50,807 nucleotides of DNA from a virus. Lineage: Duplodnaviria > Caudoviricetes. Where the stretch lies: positions 1 through 50,807 of IMG/VR virus record IMGVR_UViG_3300028592_000019; one strand, 5' to 3'. Under the pieces are notes generated by a model. It was not told the DNA's origin. It was given only the letters and a program-made list of their open reading frames with translations, and ran no database searches. Positions 1-8,487 of this stretch are shown one piece after another. Position 1 is the first letter of the stretch, and each line of letters starts with the position of its first letter. The position numbers were made by a program, and so were the translations under genes.

Positions 1-401
1 GCAAAGCGCTGGGCGTGTCCCGCGGCGCCGTGGGCAATTGGGAACTGGACAAGGACATCGGCAAAGACAACCTCCTCGCCATCGCGAAAGAGTGGCGCGT
101 GAGCCTGGATTGGCTGATGAACGGGAAAGGCGACGCGCCGGATCGCGACGACATCCTCGGAACAGAAGTTTTCAAGGACAATGCGCCCAAGGCGTATTCA
201 ACCTTCGATCCCGACGAGGACTGGAAGCCAGAGACAGAGTTTGAGGGCGAGGCGTATACCCGCGAGATGTGGACGCCGCGCCAGCCTGGCGCATTGCCGG
301 AACTGGATCTCAAGGTCGGCGCCGGCGAAGGTTCTGTGGGCGATATCCTCGTGCTCGAGCACAAGGGCCATGCCTACTCTGGCCATCGTATCGTGGACGA
401 A
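1..401. repeat. Left copy of imperfect 401-bp terminal repeat (circular overlap within cI)
   Basis: Matches 50407-50807; first 127 nt identical, then 18 substitutions by manual comparison. Confidence 0.95.
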
Positions 402-731
402 TGGCTCTTCCCCGAGAGCTTCCTGCATTATGCCGGCACAAGCCCGAACCATTCGATCGTTGCCGAAGTGACCGGCGATTCCATGGTTTCGTCCTACCTG
501 CCCGGCGACCGCGTTGTGGTCGACCTGAGCCAAGAGATGAGCGTGGACGGGGTTTACATGTGGAGCGATGGGCATAGCCCGCCGCAGATAAAACGGCTTC
601 AGCGCATCCCCTTCAGCGATCCGCCGCGCGTCGAAATCAGCTCCGACAACAAGGCCTATAAGAGCTTCGAAGCACCTCTAGCCGAGGTCCGCATCTTCGG
701 CCGGATAACCTGGCACCTGGGCCGGAGATAG
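1..731 (+). CDS. cI: CI-like repressor (XRE HTH + S24 peptidase), 5'-truncated here; true start at 50340 across the junction
   Basis: HTH end LGVSRGAVGNWE; S24 motifs VTGDSM (Ser) and IKRL (Lys); AG cleavage-like VGAGEG. Confidence 0.92.
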   Translation, partial: KALGVSRGAVGNWELDKDIGKDNLLAIAKEWRVSLDWLMNGKGDAPDRDDILGTEVFKDNAPKAYSTFDPDEDWKPETEFEGEAYTREMWTPRQPGALPELDLKVGAGEGSVGDILVLEHKGHAYSGHRIVDEWLFPESFLHYAGTSPNHSIVAEVTGDSMVSSYLPGDRVVVDLSQEMSVDGVYMWSDGHSPPQIKRLQRIPFSDPPRVEISSDNKAYKSFEAPLAEVRIFGRITWHLGRR

Positions 732-735
732 TTTC

Positions 736-987
736 GTGAGCGAGAAGCCTACAAAGCTCATCGTTTACCTGGCCTTCGTCCGAGACGAAGAAGGCGAGCT
801 ACAGCCAGCATTTGAGGCCCGTGAAGCTCAATCCGAGAGCGCAGCCAAGCAGCAGGCAGCAATGCTCTGGGGCTCTGGAAAGTATGCTGGTGCCATCGCC
901 TGGTGGCGTTCGGCCGATCTCGTCAACGGAGAGTTCGGGGAACCCGTAATCCTGTTCCAACAGGGCGAAGTGCCCGAAATGGAATAG
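736..987 (+). CDS. Hypothetical protein, repressor operon
   Basis: 83-aa ORF starting 4 nt after the cI stop, same strand. Confidence 0.7.
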   Translation: MSEKPTKLIVYLAFVRDEEGELQPAFEAREAQSESAAKQQAAMLWGSGKYAGAIAWWRSADLVNGEFGEPVILFQQGEVPEME

Positions 988-1006
988 GCTTCGAGGAGAT
1001 CAATCG

Positions 1007-1363
1007 ATGAGAACATTTACCACTCGAAGCGTAACGACAGCGTTTCTGATCATAGCCGCATGTTCGCCTTCTCTGGGCATTGAGGCCGACCAGGTGCGCA
1101 ATTGCTTCAACCTGACGCCCGACCAGTTCTCCATCGATGCGTCGGTGGATCTGGAAATCTCTGTTGCCGCAGGACAGGTGACGTCTGTCGAGGTGACGAG
1201 GTACACCCCCGATACCGAAGAGGGCTATGGGATCGCTCGCGCCGCCTACAGGGCGGCGATGATGTGCGGCCCTTATGTCGGAGAAACCGGCACGTTCTCG
1301 ATCACCCTGCCCGGCAAAACCGCCTCGGAACCCGGCGGGATTCCACTTCCCGGCACACAATAA
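1007..1363 (+). CDS. Exported protein/lipoprotein with TolA C-terminal-like domain
   Basis: RBS GAGGAG; signal peptide with IAAC lipobox-like site; QVRNCFN...ARAAYRAAMMCGPY resembles alphaproteobacterial TolA domain III (CWN...AxRAVxRCAPY). Confidence 0.6.
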   Translation: MRTFTTRSVTTAFLIIAACSPSLGIEADQVRNCFNLTPDQFSIDASVDLEISVAAGQVTSVEVTRYTPDTEEGYGIARAAYRAAMMCGPYVGETGTFSITLPGKTASEPGGIPLPGTQ

Positions 1364-1365
1364 TC

Positions 1366-1608
1366 GCTTCGCCGGCCTATCTATCCACGGCCTCGATGGC
1401 TGTGTGAAGCCTCGCGCGTATTGCCCTATACAGACATCTCAACACGCTAAGAGTTCAGTGGTTATAGAACCTTGAACTCCGTGAAGCGCTGCGCCTAGCG
1501 GCGCGCTTCCTCGATGCCAGTAAGAGGGTGTTTCTATCACCCGTTCGTCGTAGCCGCTTCGCGTCTACTCCTCACTGATCACCCCATTATAGTTACCGCG
1601 TATACGCG
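1366..1608. ncRNA. Candidate structured non-coding RNA
   Basis: Consecutive hairpins 1366-1410, 1451-1479, 1483-1509, 1518-1577; no credible ORF; TATAAT on minus strand at 1586-1591. Confidence 0.35.
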
Positions 1609-1637
1609 TGCGTGAAAGGTTGCGTCAAGCGAAAATT

Positions 1638-1686
1638 GAAAGTGCCGCTTTCTTTTTGCTTGCAGTGTTCTGAAAGTTATGCTTTC
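1638..1686. promoter_or_regulatory. OL-like operators (two 15-bp palindromes) over the early promoter
   Basis: GAAAGTgccGCTTTC at 1638-1652 and GAAAGTtatGCTTTC at 1672-1686; same motif lies between cro and cI. Confidence 0.8.
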
Positions 1687-1753
1687 AATAGCTCCATCAA
1701 CCGAGGACGAAGAAGCGCAAGCCGATCTCCTCGATACCCCGATGGAGACGGCG

Positions 1754-2203
1754 ATGACATACAGCGCGGAACACACGGAAGCTGCCGAAGCCCATCCCGG
1801 CCTGGGCGCTGAATACTTCGCTGCCCGCGATGCCGCTGAGGCATTCCTTTCCCACTGGCAGGAAGAACATGCCGAGAAGCTGGCGACCGAAATCGTCAAA
1901 CCGCTGCTCGATACCATCCAAGAGCGCGTCAACGACGCCTTCCGAGATCACCTGCTCAGCGATGCCGAGCAGAACCTCCAAGGCACGATGCGCCGCATGG
2001 TTGAGGACACCGTGAACGCCCTTATCGGCGGGCATAAGTGGGCCAACCAGAAGTACATCGAAACGCCCTACAGCGACGGCCAGAAGGTCCGCGAAACCCT
2101 CGCCAAACTGCACAGCGACCCGATCAAGGACGGCCGCATTGCCGACCTCGAAAAGGAACTGGCGCGGGTCAAGTCTGACCTTGAGTGGCACCGCGCTCGA
2201 TAA
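1754..2203 (+). CDS. Hypothetical early protein
   Basis: ATG 1754 with GGAG RBS; first gene after OL. Confidence 0.7.
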   Translation: MTYSAEHTEAAEAHPGLGAEYFAARDAAEAFLSHWQEEHAEKLATEIVKPLLDTIQERVNDAFRDHLLSDAEQNLQGTMRRMVEDTVNALIGGHKWANQKYIETPYSDGQKVRETLAKLHSDPIKDGRIADLEKELARVKSDLEWHRAR

Positions 2204-2244
2204 CCCCCCCTCACCCAGTCATTGCCCAACCGGAGCAAGAGACC

Positions 2245-2652
2245 ATGACCACCAACTTCCTGATCCCTATCGAACGCCTTACCTCTGGCAACGAGATCAT
2301 GGTGCCCGACTTCGGCTCTGCCGAGGTCTATGGCGTCGAGTTCGATGGCGAGGGCTATCTGGTCACCTACTGCACCGATGACCGTGCGGGCTGGGATGCA
2401 CTGGACACGCACTACGTCCGCGTCGGTGAAAGCGTGGAATACGCCATAGCCAATTCGCAGCCCCGCTGGATGCGCTCTCGCGCCGCTGTGACGGCCGAGG
2501 AATGGGAAGCGCTGGCCGAGGTCGAGAACAACCGGCGTCTGGTCGAGGATGGCTGTGCCGCAGCCGTAGCCGATGCGCTGGGCGTGTCCAGCGACGAGCG
2601 CCGTGCCGAGTTCTTCGGTGCGTGTGATCGCGCTCTGATGGCCGCGGAGTAA
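2245..2652 (+). CDS. Hypothetical early protein
   Basis: ATG 2245 with GGAG upstream; in operon. Confidence 0.65.
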   Translation: MTTNFLIPIERLTSGNEIMVPDFGSAEVYGVEFDGEGYLVTYCTDDRAGWDALDTHYVRVGESVEYAIANSQPRWMRSRAAVTAEEWEALAEVENNRRLVEDGCAAAVADALGVSSDERRAEFFGACDRALMAAE

Positions 2653-2655
2653 GCC

Positions 2656-2928
2656 ATGAGCAATCCCCTCCGCATTCACGCCAAGGTCCATGGATTTCGA
2701 CAGACGCTCCCAGACGGCGCACGACGCCTCGCTGGTGGCTGGGACGAAGAGCGCTATGGCGGCACGACCGAATACCTGCGCGGCGATGTGGCCGACGAAA
2801 TGCTGGTAGCTCTCCGCTACGTCGAGACCCGCTGTGTTTCCGAAGCCGCCTATCCGCACGCCAGCATCGAAGACCGCAAGATGCGCGACATGGTCGTCGC
2901 TGCCATCTCCAAGGCGGAGGGCAACTGA
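2656..2928 (+). CDS. Hypothetical early protein
   Basis: GGAG RBS; TGATG coupling to next gene. Confidence 0.65.
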   Translation: MSNPLRIHAKVHGFRQTLPDGARRLAGGWDEERYGGTTEYLRGDVADEMLVALRYVETRCVSEAAYPHASIEDRKMRDMVVAAISKAEGN

Positions 2929-3311
2929 TGTTCGACCTCATCACCGTCCTGACCTACTCCCGCTCCCTGCGTCGTGCCTGTGATGCTCGCTCCGCAGACC
3001 ACGACAACGCCGAAGCTGAGGAGGAAGCGCGCGTGGCGCTCCTCCGCATCTCGAACGGCATGGGAGTGACCATCCATCCCGAGCGGCCCGGTCGCTGGAA
3101 TGGCACCGAGCAGTTGGCTCGTGACGTCGAGGCCGCTGCTGTTGCGCTTGCAGCTACCTCCGACGGCTCGTTCCAGCAGGTCGGCGCAATCGCCACGCTA
3201 GCCCTCCGCTTCGGTGCAATCGCTAATCGGCTGGGCTTTGACATCGATCCCGATAGCGACAGCGACGCCCGAGTGGCGGTCGAGGGTCGGACCATGGAGG
3301 CAGCAGAGTGA
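2928..3311 (+). CDS. Hypothetical early protein
   Basis: Translationally coupled at both ends. Confidence 0.65.
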   Translation: MFDLITVLTYSRSLRRACDARSADHDNAEAEEEARVALLRISNGMGVTIHPERPGRWNGTEQLARDVEAAAVALAATSDGSFQQVGAIATLALRFGAIANRLGFDIDPDSDSDARVAVEGRTMEAAE

Positions 3312-4285
3312 AAGCCATCACGATTGAACCAGGCGAAATCATCACCGAGCCCGGCGTCTACGACATGCCGATCGAGTGGTACCATCAGCAATGCTGCGAC
3401 GGCCCGTCAATCAGCTCGAGCGGCATACGCGCGCTGCTGCGGAGCCCGGCTGAATACTGGCGCACTTCGTCGCTCAACCCGAACCGCGTGGAGCAGGACG
3501 ACAAGGAAGCCTTCATCCTCGGTCGCGCGGCCCACCACCTGTTGCTGGGTGAGCGCGACTTTGCCAAGCACTTCGTGATCCGTCCTGAAGAAGCTCCGGA
3601 CGGCCGCGTTTGGAACGGCAACAACAAGAGCTGCATCGAGTGGCTGAAGGCGCAGGCCGACGCCGGCATCACCGTCCTGACGCCAGCCCAGATCGAGAAG
3701 ATCAAGGGCATGGCCGGCCTTCTGCCGTGGCAAAGGGGCATGACCAACTGCGGCCTTGCTAACACCCCGCTCGTCGCCCAAGGCGGCGTACTGTCGGGCG
3801 AGATCGAGCGGTCTCTGATCTTCAAGGTTGGCGATGTCTGGGTGAAGGCCCGTCCTGACGCCATTCCCGGCGACAGCAATGACTTCGCGGACCTCAAGAC
3901 AGTTTCGCCCCGCGGCGTGTCAGGCGTGACGGATCACAGCTTGGCCAACACGGTGCTCGATCACGGCTACCACGTGCAGGGCGCTGTAATTGGCATGGGT
4001 GCAAAGCGCGTCCTCGACCGAAACATGGAAGGCTTTCATCTGGTCTTCGTCGACACGACGAATGTCCACTCAGTCGCGATCAAGACGCTGGACGATGCCG
4101 ACATCGTGCTGGGCGAGCGCTCTACCTTCGCCGCCCTCTCCATCTTCGAACGCTGCCTCTCCACCGGTGTCTGGCCTGGCCCGACGGCTCGTCAGGCCGA
4201 CGCGCAGCGCCTCTCCCTGCCCTCCTACGGTCGCGAAGCAATCGACCGACACCTCGATACCCTTGAAGCGGAGCTTGCCCAGTGA
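3308..4285 (+). CDS. RecE/ExoVIII-like PD-(D/E)XK exonuclease (DUF3799-like)
   Basis: ISSSGI, GRAAH, KARPD, DLKT, YHVQGA motifs; directly upstream of RecT. Confidence 0.88.
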   Translation: MKAITIEPGEIITEPGVYDMPIEWYHQQCCDGPSISSSGIRALLRSPAEYWRTSSLNPNRVEQDDKEAFILGRAAHHLLLGERDFAKHFVIRPEEAPDGRVWNGNNKSCIEWLKAQADAGITVLTPAQIEKIKGMAGLLPWQRGMTNCGLANTPLVAQGGVLSGEIERSLIFKVGDVWVKARPDAIPGDSNDFADLKTVSPRGVSGVTDHSLANTVLDHGYHVQGAVIGMGAKRVLDRNMEGFHLVFVDTTNVHSVAIKTLDDADIVLGERSTFAALSIFERCLSTGVWPGPTARQADAQRLSLPSYGREAIDRHLDTLEAELAQ

Positions 4286-5298
4286 ACCAGTTGGCACCCA
4301 ACAATCAGCAGAGCACGTCGCTGGCTTCGGTCGGCATGGCGCGCGAAGGCAGCGGATCTCGAATCGCGCCGCAGAACCTTGGCGAGGTGGTGAAGTTTGC
4401 CGACCTCATGAGCCGGGCCGATATCGCTCTACCCAAGCACTTGCGCGGTAACCCCGGCGCCTGCATGGCCGTGGCGCTGCAGGCACTCGACTGGCAGATG
4501 AATCCTTTCGCCGTCGCATCGAAGTCCTATTCGGTCAGCGGCATGATCGCCTACGAGGCGCAGCTCATCGCTGCCGTGGTCAACACGCGGTCCGGCATCA
4601 AGGGGCGTCTGCGCTATGAATACGAGGGCGAAGGCGCCAATCTCTTCTGCCGCGTAATCGGTAATCTCGACGATACCGAATGCGTCTATGAGACGCCGAC
4701 AATCGGCAGCATCACGGTTAAGAACTCTCCTCTCTGGAAGTCCGACCCGAAGCAGCAGCTCGGCTATTTCGCCGCGCGCTCCTGGGCACGCCGTCACTGC
4801 CCGGAAGTCATCCTTGGCGTCTATGACCGCGATGAAGCGGAGCAGATCAAGGACGTGACGCCGCCGGCAGGAACGGGGCTTGCTGCGCGATTGCAGAACA
4901 ATGGTGGTGGCTTCAGCGCTCAATCCGTTGAAGGGGCGCTCGGGGAGGCTCAGGAGGCCCAAGACCAGCCATCGAACGCAGACGGTGAAGTGCTGGCGGA
5001 AGTCTCGCCTGCGGACACTGTAGAGGAGCCGCTGGACCCGTCATTCGTCGACTGGAACAGCGCAGACGAAACCGCTGCCGCTCTTAAGATGGGCGTGCTG
5101 CCCGAAGGCTTCTCCACAAATCTCTCAGGCGCACTCGTCATCCCCGACGAGCTGCACGGCAAGAAGGGCGGGCCGCGCGGGCACAGCATCATCGCCGCCA
5201 GCTATGACGAGATCGTCACGGCCTCTGGGGTGGTGGTGAAGAGCAAGGCGCCGAGGGATGACTTCCCCGGTGACCTTCCGACAGAGGGAGACGAATAA
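4282..5298 (+). CDS. recT: RecT-family ssDNA annealing protein
   Basis: ALDWQMNPFAVASKSY, AYEAQL, WKSDPKQQL, WARRHCPEVILGVY. Confidence 0.88.
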   Translation: MNQLAPNNQQSTSLASVGMAREGSGSRIAPQNLGEVVKFADLMSRADIALPKHLRGNPGACMAVALQALDWQMNPFAVASKSYSVSGMIAYEAQLIAAVVNTRSGIKGRLRYEYEGEGANLFCRVIGNLDDTECVYETPTIGSITVKNSPLWKSDPKQQLGYFAARSWARRHCPEVILGVYDRDEAEQIKDVTPPAGTGLAARLQNNGGGFSAQSVEGALGEAQEAQDQPSNADGEVLAEVSPADTVEEPLDPSFVDWNSADETAAALKMGVLPEGFSTNLSGALVIPDELHGKKGGPRGHSIIAASYDEIVTASGVVVKSKAPRDDFPGDLPTEGDE

Positions 5299-6023
5299 TG
5301 GCCCTGATTGCGCGCGTGCTGGACTTCGAAACCACTGGCTTCCCCGAAAACGAAGCCGCCGAAATCATCGAATATGGTTTCGTCGACGTAGACCTGGCTG
5401 GACGCTTCATCATCGATGGCAGCGCCCGGCAGGGCCTGCGCAAGCCAATGGGCGCGATTCCTCCCGAGACATCAGCGGTCCACCACTTCGTGGCCGCTGA
5501 CTTCGAAGACGCGCCGGGGCACGTCGAGATGACGAAGACCTTGGCAGGCGGTCTTGCTGAAGACGACATCTACGTGGCGCACAACGCCGCCTTCGAACAG
5601 CACTTCTATTCGAAGCGGCCGCAGCCTTGGATTTGCACGCTGAAGTGCGCTTATCGGGCATGGCCCGAAGCGCCGGGCCACAACAATCAAACCCTGCGGT
5701 ACTGGTTGGGCCTCGACCTGGACCCAGCGCAAGCAATGCCGCCGCACCGCGCCCTGCCCGACGCCTATGTCACGGCTCACATCTTTCAGCGTCTCCTTGA
5801 GCTTCGCCCTGTCGAGCGGCTGGTCGAGATCAGCAAGGAGCCCGGCTTCTTGCCGCGAATGAATTTCGGCAAGTACCGCGGCAAGAGCTTCAAGGAGGTC
5901 GCGCAGACCGATCGCGGCTACCTGTCGTGGATCGTCGACAAGTCCGACATGGATTCCGACGTGAAGTTCACCGCCAACTGGTGGTTGCGCCGCGGCCCCG
6001 ATGCGTCGGGAGACGCCCAATGA
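5298..6023 (+). CDS. DEDDh 3'-5' exonuclease (ExoX-like, C-terminal FGKY domain)
   Basis: [28 protein letters not shown]. Confidence 0.88.
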   Translation: MALIARVLDFETTGFPENEAAEIIEYGFVDVDLAGRFIIDGSARQGLRKPMGAIPPETSAVHHFVAADFEDAPGHVEMTKTLAGGLAEDDIYVAHNAAFEQHFYSKRPQPWICTLKCAYRAWPEAPGHNNQTLRYWLGLDLDPAQAMPPHRALPDAYVTAHIFQRLLELRPVERLVEISKEPGFLPRMNFGKYRGKSFKEVAQTDRGYLSWIVDKSDMDSDVKFTANWWLRRGPDASGDAQ

Positions 6024-6496
6024 GCAGCGTGAACAAGGTCATTCTCGTCGGCAACCTCGGGCAAGACCCCGAAGTCCGGAACCTTCCCAGTGGCGGCAAG
6101 GTCGTGAATCTTTCTGTCGCGACCAGCGAACGTTGGAAGGATCGCAATACCGGCGAGCAGCGCGAAAAGACCGAATGGCATCGCGTCGTAATCTTCCAGG
6201 AAGGCGCTGCGAAGTTCGCCGAGCAGTATCTGCGCAAGGGCAGCAAGGTCTATCTCGAAGGCCCGTTGCAGACGCGCAAGTGGCAGGACCAGTCTGGCGC
6301 GGACAGATATTCGACCGAAATCGTCATCCAAGGTTTCGGGCACAGCATCCAGTCGCTCGACCCGCGCGGTGATGACGGCGAACGCCAACCATCTCGCGAC
6401 GCCGGCAGTGGCGGCGGGCAATCCCAAAACGCTGGCGGATATAGCGGCGCTGGCGGTCTCGACGACGACATTCCCTTCAGTCCGCAGGTGGACTGA
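6020..6496 (+). CDS. ssb: Single-stranded DNA-binding protein
   Basis: [22 protein letters not shown], acidic DDDIPF tail. Confidence 0.96.
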   Translation: MSSVNKVILVGNLGQDPEVRNLPSGGKVVNLSVATSERWKDRNTGEQREKTEWHRVVIFQEGAAKFAEQYLRKGSKVYLEGPLQTRKWQDQSGADRYSTEIVIQGFGHSIQSLDPRGDDGERQPSRDAGSGGGQSQNAGGYSGAGGLDDDIPFSPQVD

Positions 6497-6499
6497 TCA

Positions 6500-6652
6500 A
6501 TGCTGATCGTCGCCACCACAAACCCGCAGCGCTGCTCACCGGCTGTCGAAATGGGCCTGGCCGTGACAATGGCGCAGGCGAAGGCTCTCCTCGCCCAGCG
6601 ACGCCCTATGGCGAAGGTGCTGCCGAAGATCGTTGTGCGGAGGAAGCGCTGA
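6500..6652 (+). CDS. Small hypothetical protein (50 aa; not in ORF track)
   Basis: MLIVATTNPQRC...; fills gap, stop overlaps next ATG. Confidence 0.5.
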   Translation: MLIVATTNPQRCSPAVEMGLAVTMAQAKALLAQRRPMAKVLPKIVVRRKR

Positions 6653-7095
6653 TGCCGATCCGCCCCGAGAACATGGCCAAGTATCCTGGCGGCTCGATCC
6701 GTTCTCCCGAATGGCTCGCAATCCGCGATCGCATCCGGGCACGCGCCGGGAACTGCTGCGAGGAATGCGGCGTGCAGAACCATGCTCTCGGCGGGCGCGG
6801 AGTGAACGGCGCCTGGCATAAGGCCCTGCCTGTTGGCCAAAAGCTCTTGGGACTGGAATGGCCGAAGCCCGGCGACACCTCAATGTGCGAAGGCGGCCTT
6901 GCCCGACGCATCGTCAAGATCGTCTGCACGGTCGCGCATGTGGACGGCAAGCTTGATGACCACAGCGACGAGAACCTCCGCTTCTGGTGCCAGCTCTGCC
7001 ACAACCGGCACGACGCGCGGAGTCGGCAGGTCAACGCAGCGATCACCCGCCACGAGAAGAACGGCCAACTCGACCTGATTGGGAGGGAAGGATGA
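6652..7095 (+). CDS. HNH-like zinc-binding endonuclease
   Basis: CEECG, TVAHVD, NLRFWCQLCHNRHD. Confidence 0.75.
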   Translation: MPIRPENMAKYPGGSIRSPEWLAIRDRIRARAGNCCEECGVQNHALGGRGVNGAWHKALPVGQKLLGLEWPKPGDTSMCEGGLARRIVKIVCTVAHVDGKLDDHSDENLRFWCQLCHNRHDARSRQVNAAITRHEKNGQLDLIGREG

Positions 7096-7529
7096 TCCGT
7101 TCTCAAAAGGTTATCGACAGCGCACGCGGCGCGCCATGCGCGCTTCGCCTGCCCGGCATCTGCAACAATGATCCGGCCACTACCGTGTGGGCGCATCTCA
7201 ACGGGTTCGGCAAGGGCATGGGCATGAAGACCCATGACATTCTGGGGTTCCCGGCTTGCTCATCATGTCATGCCGCATATGACACCGGGAAAGACCGATC
7301 GAAGTATGTCGGGGATGCGCTCAGGGCACTTTGCGAGACGCTGGTGGGGCTTGTTCTGTCCGGTCTGGTGTCCGTGCCCCAAGACAAGCAAAAGCCCGCC
7401 CATGAGGCTCCGGTAAAACCGAGGAAGCCAAAGGCAGAGCGGGCCAAGATCAATGGCAGCCGCGCATTCCCGCAAGGCCGCAAGATGCAATCCCGCCCGT
7501 TCAGGCAGAAGGAACCTCACAATGGCTAA
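7092..7529 (+). CDS. DUF1364/YbcO-like putative nuclease
   Basis: SARGAPCALRLPGICN, TTVWAH, GMGMKTHD, ACSSCH. Confidence 0.8.
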   Translation: MIRSQKVIDSARGAPCALRLPGICNNDPATTVWAHLNGFGKGMGMKTHDILGFPACSSCHAAYDTGKDRSKYVGDALRALCETLVGLVLSGLVSVPQDKQKPAHEAPVKPRKPKAERAKINGSRAFPQGRKMQSRPFRQKEPHNG

Positions 7530-7977
7530 GGCCAGCATACCCTATGCCAACGCCACCAGCGGCGTAGCGGCTCGAACCGAGATCACCAACATCCTGCGCC
7601 GGTTCGGCTGCAGCAATGTTGGCTTCATGGATGATTACGAGAAGCATGAAGTCCTGCTTGCGTTCTCGCATCGCGGCAACAGCGTCCAGTTGCGCGCATC
7701 GGCCAAAGGCTGGGCCGCGATGTTCCTAAAGGCGGAGCCGTGGAGCCCGCAGCGCCGCTCAACGCGCGCTGAATACGAGCAAGCCGCGCTCGACAAGGGC
7801 CTGATCGCCGTCAACTCGGTCCTGCGGGATTGGGTCAAGGGACAGATCACCGCCGTGGAAACCGGCGTGCTCTCGTTCGCTGGGGTTTTCCTGCCCTACA
7901 TGCTCGCGGCCGATGGCAGGCCGGTTCTCGAACACATCCAAGCGGCGAAGCTGCTGCCGGCGCCAATGGAGCCGTAG
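7522..7977 (+). CDS. Hypothetical protein
   Basis: AAGGA RBS; in operon. Confidence 0.7.
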   Translation: MAKASIPYANATSGVAARTEITNILRRFGCSNVGFMDDYEKHEVLLAFSHRGNSVQLRASAKGWAAMFLKAEPWSPQRRSTRAEYEQAALDKGLIAVNSVLRDWVKGQITAVETGVLSFAGVFLPYMLAADGRPVLEHIQAAKLLPAPMEP

Positions 7978-7978
7978 C

Positions 7979-8215
7979 ATGGACGAGAAAGAAATCATCG
8001 AAGGTATCGTCCAAGAGATCATGGGCCTCCTCGACGAGCTCGCTGAAGAAGAAGACGTCAACGCTGCCCACATGGTCATGGCCGCCCAGGCTGTTGCGGT
8101 GCGCTTGTGCTGGGCGGCTGCCAAAGATCGATCAGAGGTGCGTCAGATGCTTGGCGCGATGATCGACGATTTCGTGACGCAGACGGAACACGGCGGCCCG
8201 ATGGTGACGCAATGA
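7979..8215 (+). CDS. Hypothetical protein
   Basis: GGAG RBS; coupled to xis. Confidence 0.6.
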   Translation: MDEKEIIEGIVQEIMGLLDELAEEEDVNAAHMVMAAQAVAVRLCWAAAKDRSEVRQMLGAMIDDFVTQTEHGGPMVTQ

Positions 8216-8487
8216 GGCTGTCTGCTCCACCAAAGCGCATGTTGAGTAAGGACGAGGCCGCGAGCTATTGCGGCTTCACCTCTACAGCACGCTTCGAATC
8301 CGCCGCCCGACCGCATGTCCCGCCTGTGAATTACGGCAACTGCGTCCGCTATGACCGTGTCCGCCTCGACGAATGGCTAGACACAATGACCCAATCATCG
8401 GCATCTGATGATAGCGACATCATCGGAGCCGCCTTCCGTGCTGGTAAAGATCGTGGGCATAAAGCAATACACCGACCGGCACGGTAA
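8212..8487 (+). CDS. Excisionase-like HTH protein
   Basis: LSKDEAASYCG...RYDRVRLDEWLD; overlaps int start. Confidence 0.7.
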   Translation: MRLSAPPKRMLSKDEAASYCGFTSTARFESAARPHVPPVNYGNCVRYDRVRLDEWLDTMTQSSASDDSDIIGAAFRAGKDRGHKAIHRPAR

